Positions 36,805 through 47,366 of a stretch of 64,000 nt of DNA are shown here, piece after piece (within the stretch, counting starts at the first letter, position 1; each line of letters opens with the position of its first letter). The DNA lies in the IMG/VR virus record IMGVR_UViG_2974606035_000001, positions 3,086 to 67,085 of that record; one strand, written 5' to 3'. The notes under the pieces were generated by a model. That model did not search any database. It worked only from the letters and a program-made list of their open reading frames with translations, and was not told where the DNA came from. Source of the stretch: a virus. Its lineage: Duplodnaviria > Heunggongvirae > Uroviricota > Caudoviricetes > Demerecviridae. The translations under genes were made by a program, and so were the position numbers.

Positions 36805-36832
36805 AAGTTATCCTTTATTGTGTAGAAAACTA

Positions 36833-37054
36833 TTAAAGAGCTGTCTCTTTAATAGACTCCCACTTCTTGGGGTCTTTAAAACCAGGGAGCATATCCTCAC
36901 TGACATCCCAGTTCTCTTCCATATAGAGGTCATCTAAGTCTAACTCATCCACTGCTAAATCCATTATCTCATGACTAGAAAGTCGTGTATAATCCCTAGC
37001 TGACTTATGGGTGCTAGCACGGTTAAAATCATTCTTTGCTACAAAATTACGCAT
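36833..37054 (-). CDS. small acidic protein (73 aa)
   Basis: ORF track. Confidence 0.4.
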   Translation of the reverse strand: MRNFVAKNDFNRASTHKSARDYTRLSSHEIMDLAVDELDLDDLYMEENWDVSEDMLPGFKDPKKWESIKETAL

Positions 37055-37095
37055 AGTTTCTCCAAATAAGAGGGGCTTTCGCCCCTATTTATCTA

Positions 37096-37611
37096 TTACT
37101 TCGCTTTACGCTTGCGCGCTGGTTTAGCAGATTTACGAGCAGAATCACCCGTGAACTTAATGCCTACACCGTAGCACAGAGCACGAACATTATCTTTACT
37201 ATACTCTACGCCAAAGATATTTGGCTTAACAGAACCAAACTGTCCACGAGTATCACGCAATACATCTGCTGTTGGTTTACGCTTCTGGTTAACTGCCTTC
37301 TCATAGTCTTTCATAGACATACCATTACGAGAGAACAATTCAGCCCCAGCGTTGAAGCTCAGGGAAACTGGGACAGATTTGTGGCCGTAATTTTCTACAT
37401 ACATAACCATTTTGTAGGATTTACGGGTAGCATTTTTAGCTTTAGGCTTCTGACGAATCGGAGCCGGATTATTCAGTGCTTGCGCAGCCTGAGCATCGGT
37501 GGGATGCTTACGCAGGTGGCGTTCTAGACGAGCTTTGCGATTAGCCTCGGTCTTCGGGAAAGTTTTAACTGCCGGAGCTGCTTGAGTTTTTGCGTTTTTC
37601 TGCTTAGCCAT
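37096..37611 (-). CDS. basic protein with Lys/Ala-rich termini (171 aa), possible DNA-binding
   Basis: ORF track; promoter consensus 37650-37678. Confidence 0.5.
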   Translation of the reverse strand: MAKQKNAKTQAAPAVKTFPKTEANRKARLERHLRKHPTDAQAAQALNNPAPIRQKPKAKNATRKSYKMVMYVENYGHKSVPVSLSFNAGAELFSRNGMSMKDYEKAVNQKRKPTADVLRDTRGQFGSVKPNIFGVEYSKDNVRALCYGVGIKFTGDSARKSAKPARKRKAK

Positions 37612-37695
37612 TATTTGTTTTCCTTTTTGTTTATCAATTTATGAAGTATATTATACGAGAATTTGAAGAGTTTAGCAAATGAATTTTTTTAAAAA

Positions 37696-37974
37696 TTATC
37701 TACCAACCATCTTAGCTTGTTCGGCATCTGAGACATATTGATACGCTCCTTTATTATACGCTGGAGCAGTACACATTTTCTTACGCTCAATCTCTTCTTG
37801 AGCTTTTCTTTCGCGTTCAGCTAATTCTTCATCCAGATAAACTAAACGTTGTTCTGGAGGTGGTGGAAGACGTGTTTCTGGCTCACCAATATTAGCCTTT
37901 CTTATTTGACGAGGTGATTGTGCACGTTTTCTCAATGGTTTAAATCCTAGTGAATTTGAGTTATAAATACGCAT
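37696..37974 (-). CDS. hypothetical protein (92 aa)
   Basis: ORF track; promoter 38002-38030. Confidence 0.45.
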   Translation of the reverse strand: MRIYNSNSLGFKPLRKRAQSPRQIRKANIGEPETRLPPPPEQRLVYLDEELAERERKAQEEIERKKMCTAPAYNKGAYQYVSDAEQAKMVGR

Positions 37975-38050
37975 AAAGCCCTCCTCACTTTCAATACGAA
38001 TATTATACTAAATTAGGGGGCTTTAAGCAAGAAAATTTTTAATTTATTTA

Positions 38051-38539
38051 TTACATCTCGGCAAGTTCTTGCTCGGTAATAACTGTGTTACACAATGCAT
38101 CTACAGCTTCATTACCGCTAATACCAGAATGTCCTTTAACCTTAATAAAGGTAGGGTTAGTATTATGAAAGTTGATATACTGCTGCGTTAATTTAAATGC
38201 TTCCTGCCAAAGTTCTAGATTAAGAGGAACTTCACCATCTGCTTTCTTCCAGCCTTTCCTTTGCCAAGAAAACATCCAACTTTCCATGCCATTTTTGCAA
38301 TAAGCAGAGTCAGTATAGATAGCAATTGGTCTATTATCTTTTTTAACAGACCAACGTAGGGCTTCTACGATAGCTGTGAGTTCCATCTCATTATTTGTAG
38401 TTTTAGGATTATAACCAGATTTAGAACCTAAACGATCGTCGTTATCATCATAGACAATAAAACCCCAAGCACCTGGACCTGGGTTAGACTTACAAGCACC
38501 ATCTGTGTAAATGTGGAAAACCGACATTATACCTCCCAA
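38051..38539 (-). CDS. rnh: ribonuclease H (RnhA-like)
   Basis: YTDGAC..NPG...E..A..L...IYTDS...H motif order. Confidence 0.75.
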   Translation of the reverse strand: MGGIMSVFHIYTDGACKSNPGPGAWGFIVYDDNDDRLGSKSGYNPKTTNNEMELTAIVEALRWSVKKDNRPIAIYTDSAYCKNGMESWMFSWQRKGWKKADGEVPLNLELWQEAFKLTQQYINFHNTNPTFIKVKGHSGISGNEAVDALCNTVITEQELAEM

Positions 38540-38808
38540 TTAATTTTAAGACCCATGTCTACAAAGGCGGATTCTCGGTAGTATTGAGAGATATGATACC
38601 CCTTATCCGATAAGGTTTTTAGTACTGATTTAGCTGCTCCTGGCAGTTCTCTAGGATTATATAGCCACCTAGCGTAAGGATTATCTCGAATAATTACTTC
38701 TGTATTTCCAGACTTAGCAGCTTCCACAATCTTTTCTTCTATAAACTTTAGAAATGCAGGTACTTCTGTTAATCCTGCAAGTTCTTGAGCTTCTTTGGCT
38801 GAAATCAT
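38527..38808 (-). CDS. hypothetical protein (93 aa)
   Basis: ORF track; promoter 38834-38862. Confidence 0.45.
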   Translation of the reverse strand: MISAKEAQELAGLTEVPAFLKFIEEKIVEAAKSGNTEVIIRDNPYARWLYNPRELPGAAKSVLKTLSDKGYHISQYYRESAFVDMGLKINWEV

Positions 38809-39065
38809 TATATACCTCCAATTTATAAAATATATTATAATTAAATTTCACTAAATAAGCAAATGAAATTTAAATATAATAGCCCCCGAAGGGCTATTTA
38901 AATTATACAAACTCATACGTCGGGAACTTAGGTGAACGAACTCTATTACCTATAGTCGCTGTGGAACACCCCAATGCTCTAGCTGCTGCACTCATACTAA
39001 CGTATTCCACGCCATCCACACGTACTGCCTTCCCGTAGATAGCTGAGTTATACTATAGATGTAAA

Positions 39066-39899
39066 TCATGCTGCCATTTTACCAGTTAATTTAGGGTGAT
39101 GTTTATATTCTTCCAGGATAAAGTCTTTGGGTGTTAGGGCCAGAAGATCTTCTAAGGAAGAGAAGTTTGGTAGTACTAGTCTAGGTAGCTCCAGGGGTTC
39201 TCTAGTTACTTGCTCCTTTACTTGGTCTAGGTGATTTAAGTAAATATGAGTGTCCACAAGATGTCCTGTTACTGACCCAGGTTTCTTTCCTGTGAGTGCA
39301 GCTAAAATATGACAGAGTAAGGCATAGCTAGCTATATTAAATGGTAAGCCTAGAAATACATCACAACTAACCTGGTACCATGTTAAGTGTAGGTGTCCAT
39401 CTCTTTGGTTTACGGAGAACATTACGTGGCAGGGAGAAAGCACAACGTCGTCAAGTTTTGCAGGATTCCATGCTGAGACTACCATTTTTCTATTATGAAA
39501 AGTATCGGATTTGATATCCTCGATTAGTTTCATAATCTGGTCTGTACCGAAGAAGTCTCTCCAGTTTTTCCCATAAATATATCCCAGATAACCTTCAGTG
39601 TATCCTTTTTCGACTCCTTGTTTTTCATAATTAGGATGCCAGATAGTACGCTTCTCCCCTCTAGTCCCATGAGTATACTCTTCTAGATCATACAAGTTAG
39701 TAGATCCTGAGAGGAACCACAACAACTCCCCTACCACGGATTTCCACGCTAGTGCTTTTGTTGTTACTGCTGGAAACCCTTTAGTAAGGTCAAAAGAGAC
39801 AATATTATTTAGGGAAGAGATAGTACCTACACCTGTCCGGTCAGACACGTGAGTTCCCTCAGATAAAACTTTATTAATTAAATCAATATACTGTTTCAT
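39066..39899 (-). CDS. thyA: thymidylate synthase
   Basis: classic ThyA N-terminus and core. Confidence 0.8.
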   Translation of the reverse strand: MKQYIDLINKVLSEGTHVSDRTGVGTISSLNNIVSFDLTKGFPAVTTKALAWKSVVGELLWFLSGSTNLYDLEEYTHGTRGEKRTIWHPNYEKQGVEKGYTEGYLGYIYGKNWRDFFGTDQIMKLIEDIKSDTFHNRKMVVSAWNPAKLDDVVLSPCHVMFSVNQRDGHLHLTWYQVSCDVFLGLPFNIASYALLCHILAALTGKKPGSVTGHLVDTHIYLNHLDQVKEQVTREPLELPRLVLPNFSSLEDLLALTPKDFILEEYKHHPKLTGKMAA

Positions 39900-40432
39900 T
39901 AATAAGTAACCAATTCCTGTACAAATCGCAGGCTGTTATCACTGTTTGCGCCAGTTGCGTAAACTAAACGAGTAGATTCATAGTTGTAATCTAGAATCGT
40001 ATTATCCAGATGTACATCTGCCTCTAGTTTTTGATCACTAAAGATTGTGGATACGAAAGCACTTTCAATATGACCATGAATATACATTTCGTACAGTAAT
40101 GTTGCGCCCCCTAAAACCACTGTCTGTTGATCTTTTAAGAATGTAGGTAATGTATCCCCAATCTTTGAAATTGGGGTATAGATACCCTGTTTAATATCAT
40201 CAGGCAGAGGACGATCCGCACGAATAAAGAGGTCGGATTCTCCAATCATACGTTGCCGAACAACTTCTGGAAGAGCTAAATAAGTACCAGCACCAATGAT
40301 GATGTTATCTGGATTCAACACGTCCAGTTGAGAATAGAAAGCATCTAGTTCTTCTTTGAAGGAACCCCATGGAAGTTTACCGCGGAGGCCGAACTCCCCA
40401 TTCGGCCCAACTGCATACATTGCTGTAATCAT
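39899..40432 (-). CDS. frd: dihydrofolate reductase
   Basis: N-terminal DHFR-like sequence; placed between thyA and nrdB. Confidence 0.7.
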   Translation of the reverse strand: MITAMYAVGPNGEFGLRGKLPWGSFKEELDAFYSQLDVLNPDNIIIGAGTYLALPEVVRQRMIGESDLFIRADRPLPDDIKQGIYTPISKIGDTLPTFLKDQQTVVLGGATLLYEMYIHGHIESAFVSTIFSDQKLEADVHLDNTILDYNYESTRLVYATGANSDNSLRFVQELVTY

Positions 40433-41574
40433 AAGAAATCTCCAAATTCATTACCCAGATCTTTCAGAGTATCAGTAGAAGTCTCAGTTACCTGACCTAC
40501 ACGATATGCTGCACCAATCTGGATTTCTTGTGGAGCAGGCTGTAAAGAAGTGGTATCCAACCAGTTCATGATCCACGGAATAGGGTTTTTGGTGATTACT
40601 GGTAAATGACTAGGCCATTCTACACCGATGTGTATAAATGCATTACGCCCCACAAAGTACAGATATTCTTCTAGAAGTTCTGCATTCAAGCCAATCAGAC
40701 TACGACCTTTGAAGATGAAATGACCCCATTCAATTTCAGTTTTCAGAGTTTTCAGGAGCTGTGCTGGTGCTTTAGCTACTGCTTCATCTACCAGATCTTT
40801 GTCAAACTGCTGGAACATAATCTGGATGATTGCTTTAGACATCTGGGTGTGTAGAGCTTCATCTTTAGCGATTAATTGCAGATTTTTAGCAATACCTTGC
40901 AGAATATCGTTCTCTGCTAACGCAAAGGTACAAGCAAAGGATGCGTAAAACTGCATTGCTTCCAGACCGTAGATCGCAAAGTAAGCGTCTAATAGCTTAG
41001 CCTGAGTTTCACGTTTAACTTCAGGGAACTCAGTTTCTGGGTATGTATTGTCGCCACGATGATCGCGTACTGCGATGAAATACTGACCTAACTGGTACAG
41101 TTCATCGAATAGTTCAACAGAATCAGCGATACGTGCAAATGCTTCTTGGTTTTTGGTTACAGAATCAATAAATTCTGCTGGATCAGTCAGCACATTACGA
41201 ATAATATTGCTATAAGCACGACTATGCAGATCTTCGAAGTAGCTCCACTGTTTGAGCATACCTTCCAGTTCTGGACGACTTACAAGCGGCATAATAGCTG
41301 CTTCAGGGGCACGACTGATAAAGGAATCAGTTTGAGTTTGCCATGCTAAGTTCAGGAGTGTAATTTCCTGAATTTCTCGTGGGAGATTAGCCCATTGTTT
41401 CTTATCTGCTTCCAGACTGATTTCAGTTTCAGTCCAAAATTGAGAGCGTTGCAGAAGTGCCAGACGTTCTAGTTCTGGATGTGCTACACGTACATAATCT
41501 GCGATACCGAGAGAATCTCCCAGGAAAAGGTCAGCGTTAGTATGATCCCAATTCAGGTTTAGTAAAGTAGTCAT
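40429..41574 (-). CDS. nrdB: ribonucleotide reductase class Ia beta subunit
   Basis: ferritin-like iron-ligand E/H pattern; 381 aa. Confidence 0.8.
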   Translation of the reverse strand: MTTLLNLNWDHTNADLFLGDSLGIADYVRVAHPELERLALLQRSQFWTETEISLEADKKQWANLPREIQEITLLNLAWQTQTDSFISRAPEAAIMPLVSRPELEGMLKQWSYFEDLHSRAYSNIIRNVLTDPAEFIDSVTKNQEAFARIADSVELFDELYQLGQYFIAVRDHRGDNTYPETEFPEVKRETQAKLLDAYFAIYGLEAMQFYASFACTFALAENDILQGIAKNLQLIAKDEALHTQMSKAIIQIMFQQFDKDLVDEAVAKAPAQLLKTLKTEIEWGHFIFKGRSLIGLNAELLEEYLYFVGRNAFIHIGVEWPSHLPVITKNPIPWIMNWLDTTSLQPAPQEIQIGAAYRVGQVTETSTDTLKDLGNEFGDFL

Positions 41575-41680
41575 TGATTTTCCTCTTTCTCACTATTTCA
41601 GGAATATTATAGCAAATCTGGTAGCGATTAGCAAGTAAAATTTCAAAGAAAAAGGAGACCCGAAGATCTCCTTGTTTTTA

Positions 41681-44600
41681 TTAAATAGTACAACCACCGG
41701 ATGCACACCCAGCAGCAGCAGCTTCTTCACCTGCACCTCCACCATTTGCGGTATTGAAGTTAGCATAATACCAAGTTTTCCACCCATACTTAACAGCAGT
41801 CATGAAATCACGAACTACTACTGGGCCAGGAATGATTTCATTCTCAAACTTGGTGTAGTCATAGTACATATTCGTACTGATAGACTGACTGAAGAATTTC
41901 TGCATAGTTGCTACCCATTTGATCCACTCGATACGATCTACATCATAAGCCAGTTTATAGCTCATTAACGTTTCCCAATCGGTTGCACCTGGAGCAATTG
42001 CAATTACTTTATTTACTGCACTACCCTTGATAGATACAATCTTACGAGGCGGTTCAATAGAGTTAGTAACACCTAACAGAACAGAAGAACTTTCCCCTGG
42101 CATCTGAGCAGTCAGAACAGAGTTACGCATACCGTATTTCATAATATCTGCACGCAGAGATTCCCAATCCATTTCTAGACCTACGGATACCAACTCATCA
42201 ACAGTTTTCTTGTACGTGTCGATTACCAGAATTCCTTTAGATGGTTTAGTACGATCAAACCACTCACATGCACCCTGTTCCTTAGCCAGGCGTACAGAGG
42301 CTTTATGCAGGAAGTAAGACAGTTTTTCAGCCTCACGGTGGATCCAGTTACGAGCTTCAATACCTTCGTAAGCCAGACCTTCTGCTGCCATTGCACCTGC
42401 TGCGTTCATTAGGCCAATACCAACATTACGACGTTTCTTAGCCGTATATTCCATAGTTGGGAACGGATAATCCTGAATTTCAATAATTGTATCAACGAAT
42501 TTCAGAAGGATGTAGCAAGTTTTTTCCCACTCAGCCAGAGATTCCATACGCCCAAGTACAACACCACCTAAGTTACACAGAGATACTTCACCAATATCCT
42601 CCGGCTTCATTTGATCAAGCTGCTCTTTTGTCTTATACAGCTCTGTAATATGATGGAACGGGCGTGTAGGCTGAGTAATTTCTACACAGTTACCCGCTAA
42701 AATGCCATTAAATACCCCCAAGTTTAATTTAGGTTCTGTAAAGCAATAGGTATCACTAATACGACCAGTAAACTCAACGTTAGTTACAGTTACAAAACGG
42801 GTTGCATCTCTATTGGGGCGTGTTAGGTTTAAGAGTTTCTCTTTATCCAAAGATAGTCCTAAATCTTTAAGTTTCCAGAAGCCACTACTCCCCACAATAA
42901 GCCTACTAGTCTCCTTGCAGTGGTATAGTTTACTACTACCAGTACCATCTGGTAACTCGTAGTCACCTTCTTGGCGTCCTAAAATAATCTTGCTAGTAAT
43001 CCCCAATTCTAGTAACAAATCCTTCACTTTACTTAGAAAATCAGGCTCTGCCGAAGCAACCACAATACTGGGGGTTGTGCCATTTTTCTGTATGCAGCCA
43101 TCTGCATCTAAATATCCCTCTAACCATTTGATACGGCTATCAATAGTGTATTCTGGGCCAGGTACAAAATACTTCGGCATTAAATCAGACTTAACAATAT
43201 AGCTCAGTCTACCTGTGCTGTCCAGTAATCCACTTCCCTGAATCTCTGCATCAATTTTATCTACTAATGGTAGTTTGCCACCTTTTTCATAGAAGTACAG
43301 CTTAGGTTCTCCATGTCTTCCATAAGTTCCATCTCCAGTGAAGAAACCGTTAGTATAAGGAGATTTTAGTACCATATTTCCATGATCTACAATAGGATTA
43401 CTAAATTTAGGCATTTTCATACCTACTTGCAAGTCTACTGCTCGTACCTCTTCTAGCCCCTGTTTGAGGGAGGTACGACGATCCTCTCTGACATATTTGG
43501 GCTGGTGGTAGAACTTATGATAAAGAGTAGATTCAATAGTAGATCCATCAGAGAATGTGATTTTCATCAACTCCTGAGCTTCCCCAGTTTTAGCAGGGAT
43601 AACTGTTGACCATTCTTGCCCGTTCCAAATCTCTACTTCTTTACCAACTAAATCAATAATCTCTATGTTACCATTTTTGGTTAAAATTTTTGTTTCTGGA
43701 GCTACACAAAGGTTAGTCATACGGATCGGATCAAGGAAGTTACCGTGACGATTAGATTCCCCGATGTGATGAGCATACATACGTCCTGTTTCCATTCGGA
43801 TACGTAGCCAAGTATCTAGGATTTCTTTTGCAGAAACTTTAGGAGCTGCAGGAACTGTTTTTCCTTCGTGGTCGATCTTTGTAAGAGATGCCACACGTTT
43901 CTCCGCTGCCACGTAGATTTCTTCAAATTTAGCCTCGTCATCACTATAAAACGCTTCATGAACTTCTGGAGCATAGAAGTATGACATTAGCGTAATATCT
44001 TCGTTTTTAAGATAACGTTTTAACAAAAGATTGTTAAAGCTCAGAGAATAATCCATCTTATCGATTTTATTCTCATCTGTAGCACGTTGTTGCTTAACCT
44101 GCATCAGTTGAATGATTTCAGGGTCGAAGTATGGATAAGACACTGTAGCAGAACCACCACGACTATTACCACACACAGTAGTGTGACCATTACGACGTAC
44201 TACTAGTTTATTAGTCGGTACTTCTACGCAGTAGACTTTACCACTATACTCAATTTCAGTTTCTTTAATGCCTTCCGCAGTCATATCTACTTGGTCAAAA
44301 TAGACATAACAACGATTTTCAGTACTAGTATTTGAACGCACTCCTGCAATTGCTGCTAGAGCCTGCACCACATGTTGTTGCCCTGCGTGACTTGAGTATT
44401 CTCCAACATTTTCGGATTTCCAGTACCCATCCCACTCCATGATTTCTTTCAATGCTTCTTTCGCAGCATTAGATGTTAAATCCTTCTCTAGCAGGAAAGA
44501 TAAGTCTTTCGAGTAGTATAGCTGCTCATGCCCAATATGAATGGTAGTTACACCTTGTTCATTTAGTTTCTTAGAATATTTAAGACCTAAGTCATCTAAG

Positions 44601-45949
44601 ATACATACTAAACGATCTACCTTGCGTTGCTTTTTAAATCCGAAACGATACGCTCTACCTGTATTTGTTTCTACGATTGAACCATCAGCCTGCAATGCAA
44701 TACGGAAGCGGTCTAGCATGGTGATAGTATCAGTACCATTTGTTTTCTGCGCTGAACCAAAATCAAGTACATGGGTTCTTTTTGGTTGCCAATCTTCTGC
44801 TAATACTTTCTGATACCCAGGTTTACGTTGGATATGTTTATTGTCATAGGATACTTTACGATATACCATAGTATGGTTAGGGGTTACTAGAAGATCAATC
44901 CCTCTTTTCTCAAAACGTAACATTGTGCCCTTATAATCATACTCAAATACGTTAAGAGGTAGTACCCATTCTAGTCCTCTAGTATCCGTAATCTGGGCTA
45001 TTAGCTCGTCACCCTTAAGTTCTGAGAATAGCTTCCAACCTTTCTTAGTTAGGACTTCTGTATCCGCAGAGTAACACTGTTGAGTGTTTGCCTTTACTGA
45101 GCGGTCAATGTGTCGATAATATGGCAGTTTTCCGGAATGCGGGAATGCCCCATTTCGCACCGGATCAGCAATTGATCGGCTTTCAAGATGATACCCGATT
45201 CCCGCTCTGGCTGCGACCATTTTGAAGACGATGTGCTCGGCGGTGTCGATTGAATCCAACGTGTCAGTGGAATCCACGAGGCAGCAACTAGCAAATCCAC
45301 GGTCACTAGAGCGCAGACCAACCAGTGGCGGCGTAGGAACGTTGATTTTGTGGAGTGACATTGCGTTGTAGAGGTCGATTGCATCTAGAATTGTCCAGTT
45401 AGGTTGAGATAGCATCGCCATTGCCATACCCATGTAGGCAAACTGCGGAGTTTCATAAATTTCACCAGTGGCTATGTTACGACGGGAATACTTATCAAAG
45501 AACTGCTTCAGTCCACCACTAGTGAAAAGACGATCACGATCGTGATCGATAACCTGATTCAGAGCTTCAAATTGCTCATCGGTAATCCATGCACTCATGT
45601 CTTCCCAGGCACCTACGCTAACCATGTGGTCATGGAAGAAGCGCAGAGAAGGTGGTTCGAAAGAATCATAAAGGCGTTTACGCATTTGCGCAAGACGTAA
45701 TTCCTTTGCTGGCACGTCGTATGCTGGATTATCTTTGATAAGACTTTCAGCAGCTTTAATTAATGCATCCATCAGAGTGTCGGAATCTACAACCCCTTTA
45801 GGTAGAGTTTTTTGAGCAGCCATAGTAATGGCTGACCAACTTACATCAACTGTTTTGCAACCATACTCTGCCCAACCATTGAGTTTTTCAGGAGCAAAGT
45901 CTTCTACAGTACCGTCACGTTTAATTACTTTTTCAATGCGATTGCTCAT
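41681..45949 (-). CDS. nrdA: ribonucleotide reductase class Ia alpha subunit interrupted by two inteins (start chosen at MSNRIEK, AAGGAAA RBS)
   Basis: ATP-cone N-terminus, NLC..E active-site motif split by Cys..Asn/Cys insertion; ~1420 aa vs ~760 expected. Confidence 0.75.
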   Translation of the reverse strand: MSNRIEKVIKRDGTVEDFAPEKLNGWAEYGCKTVDVSWSAITMAAQKTLPKGVVDSDTLMDALIKAAESLIKDNPAYDVPAKELRLAQMRKRLYDSFEPPSLRFFHDHMVSVGAWEDMSAWITDEQFEALNQVIDHDRDRLFTSGGLKQFFDKYSRRNIATGEIYETPQFAYMGMAMAMLSQPNWTILDAIDLYNAMSLHKINVPTPPLVGLRSSDRGFASCCLVDSTDTLDSIDTAEHIVFKMVAARAGIGYHLESRSIADPVRNGAFPHSGKLPYYRHIDRSVKANTQQCYSADTEVLTKKGWKLFSELKGDELIAQITDTRGLEWVLPLNVFEYDYKGTMLRFEKRGIDLLVTPNHTMVYRKVSYDNKHIQRKPGYQKVLAEDWQPKRTHVLDFGSAQKTNGTDTITMLDRFRIALQADGSIVETNTGRAYRFGFKKQRKVDRLVCILDDLGLKYSKKLNEQGVTTIHIGHEQLYYSKDLSFLLEKDLTSNAAKEALKEIMEWDGYWKSENVGEYSSHAGQQHVVQALAAIAGVRSNTSTENRCYVYFDQVDMTAEGIKETEIEYSGKVYCVEVPTNKLVVRRNGHTTVCGNSRGGSATVSYPYFDPEIIQLMQVKQQRATDENKIDKMDYSLSFNNLLLKRYLKNEDITLMSYFYAPEVHEAFYSDDEAKFEEIYVAAEKRVASLTKIDHEGKTVPAAPKVSAKEILDTWLRIRMETGRMYAHHIGESNRHGNFLDPIRMTNLCVAPETKILTKNGNIEIIDLVGKEVEIWNGQEWSTVIPAKTGEAQELMKITFSDGSTIESTLYHKFYHQPKYVREDRRTSLKQGLEEVRAVDLQVGMKMPKFSNPIVDHGNMVLKSPYTNGFFTGDGTYGRHGEPKLYFYEKGGKLPLVDKIDAEIQGSGLLDSTGRLSYIVKSDLMPKYFVPGPEYTIDSRIKWLEGYLDADGCIQKNGTTPSIVVASAEPDFLSKVKDLLLELGITSKIILGRQEGDYELPDGTGSSKLYHCKETSRLIVGSSGFWKLKDLGLSLDKEKLLNLTRPNRDATRFVTVTNVEFTGRISDTYCFTEPKLNLGVFNGILAGNCVEITQPTRPFHHITELYKTKEQLDQMKPEDIGEVSLCNLGGVVLGRMESLAEWEKTCYILLKFVDTIIEIQDYPFPTMEYTAKKRRNVGIGLMNAAGAMAAEGLAYEGIEARNWIHREAEKLSYFLHKASVRLAKEQGACEWFDRTKPSKGILVIDTYKKTVDELVSVGLEMDWESLRADIMKYGMRNSVLTAQMPGESSSVLLGVTNSIEPPRKIVSIKGSAVNKVIAIAPGATDWETLMSYKLAYDVDRIEWIKWVATMQKFFSQSISTNMYYDYTKFENEIIPGPVVVRDFMTAVKYGWKTWYYANFNTANGGGAGEEAAAAGCASGGCTI

Positions 45950-46091
45950 TTGGCTTTCCTTTTTATAGTTATCAGGATTTAAGGAATATTCTACATTATT
46001 ATTGGTCATTAGGCAAATAAAATTTTCTGATAGAAAAGGCCCGAGTATTTTCATACCCAGGCCCTGTATATTACCAGTCTAGCTTTTTAGC

Positions 46092-46313
46092 TTATTCAAT
46101 TACTTTAGCTCTAGCTACTTCTTTTAATAGAATATCTATGGAGGTGCTCAGCTCGTTATAATTGAATGGTTTATTTGGATTTGAGGTTACAATTTTCCAC
46201 GCTAGGGTTGTCTTAGGGCTTTCTTCCCCTTCCTTACGTGTAATTATATTAGCAGCACTCAGTGAGGTACGATGTACTTTAGTTTTACGGCTCAGATGAA
46301 CAACGTTTCCCAT
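46092..46313 (-). CDS. hypothetical protein (~73 aa from MGNVVHL)
   Basis: ORF track 46092-46382 trimmed to avoid PhoH overlap. Confidence 0.35.
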   Translation of the reverse strand: MGNVVHLSRKTKVHRTSLSAANIITRKEGEESPKTTLAWKIVTSNPNKPFNYNELSTSIDILLKEVARAKVIE

Positions 46314-46314
46314 A

Positions 46315-47076
46315 TTACACCTTCCCCATGTCTTTAAAAATGTCATAAAATGCTTTAGACTCAACAGAACGAACGTTATCAATCAATTCGATCATTGAGA
46401 ATGGGGCATTTTCGTATTTCTCATAGACTTCCATAAGGAGTGCTAGACCTGAGTCACCTTTAATGTCTTTCTGAGCTATATCTCCGCAGATAATTAAACG
46501 GCAGTCTTGCCCTACACGAGTTAGGAGACAAATCATTGCCTCAACGGAAATATTCTGAGCTTCATCGACAATTACATAGGAGTTGTTGAAAGTTCTGCCA
46601 CGAGCATGTTCTACTGCCAAAAATTTAATTTTCTGACGTTCGACATATCCCTTATAGGCATGATCGCCGATGGCCCATTTCATACCATCAGCTATTGGCT
46701 CTAACCAAGGCTCTAGCTTTTCCGCTAGATCACCAGGAAGCATACCAAGAGACTTACCTAGAGGTTCATTAGGACGTACGAGGATCACTTGCTCAATATC
46801 TGAGTGAATGTCTACGAGTTCCTGAGCTGCAAGAACAGACGGAATAAAGGTTTTACCTGTACCTGGCTCACCAATACCCACAGTCACTGTGTTGTTCTTG
46901 ATCATATTGATATATGATTTTTGCTCGCGGTTTTTACCTACTAGGGATTTAGCAACTGGGTTAGCGTAATCATTAGAAAAATCAGCCTGAATTACGTTAT
47001 TCTCATACTTGTTGCCACGCTTTCTTGAACCATTGCGGTTCTCTCTTTTTTGACGTGCTTTTCCCATAAATAACAC
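46315..47076 (-). CDS. phoH: PhoH-like ATPase
   Basis: Walker A GEPGTGKT, PhoH-like core. Confidence 0.75.
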   Translation of the reverse strand: MLFMGKARQKRENRNGSRKRGNKYENNVIQADFSNDYANPVAKSLVGKNREQKSYINMIKNNTVTVGIGEPGTGKTFIPSVLAAQELVDIHSDIEQVILVRPNEPLGKSLGMLPGDLAEKLEPWLEPIADGMKWAIGDHAYKGYVERQKIKFLAVEHARGRTFNNSYVIVDEAQNISVEAMICLLTRVGQDCRLIICGDIAQKDIKGDSGLALLMEVYEKYENAPFSMIELIDNVRSVESKAFYDIFKDMGKV

Positions 47077-47143
47077 TCCTATAGTGTACTTCGCTTCTAA
47101 CAGAGGATCAACAAAAAGATCTTGTTTATCAACTTACAAATAT

Positions 47144-47172
47144 ATTATACCAGTATATACAGTAAAAAGCAA
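47144..47172 (-). promoter_or_regulatory. early promoter copy for phoH
   Basis: AAGCAA-17-ATTATA on plus. Confidence 0.5.
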
Positions 47173-47309
47173 CTACAATTTTAAATAAGCCTATGATATT
47201 GCATTTAAATAAAAAATTTGCTTGCTTATAAAGGTAGAAGTATGATACTAGATAATCATTTATTTATATGTGAAATATTACAGTATTAGATGGCTAAAGA
47301 AAATTTTAA

Positions 47310-47338
47310 TTGACATAGTGGATAATGTTTAGTATAAT
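47310..47338 (+). promoter_or_regulatory. consensus sigma70 promoter TTGACA-17-TATAAT
   Basis: ttgacatagtggataatgtttagtataat. Confidence 0.6.
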
Positions 47339-47366
47339 AGGTGTAAAAATTCTGTGGAGAAGAGGA

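Noticed and set aside
45950-46054. N-terminal 35-aa extension of nrdA ORF (MKILGPFLSENF...)
   Set aside because: There is no RBS at the far ATG. The internal ATG at 45947-45949 has an AAGGAAA RBS and begins the ATP-cone sequence.
41681-46054. Insertion sequence or transposon explaining the oversized nrdA
   Set aside because: There are no terminal inverted repeats or transposase motifs. The insertions are in-frame with Cys/Asn splice-junction residues, so inteins fit better.
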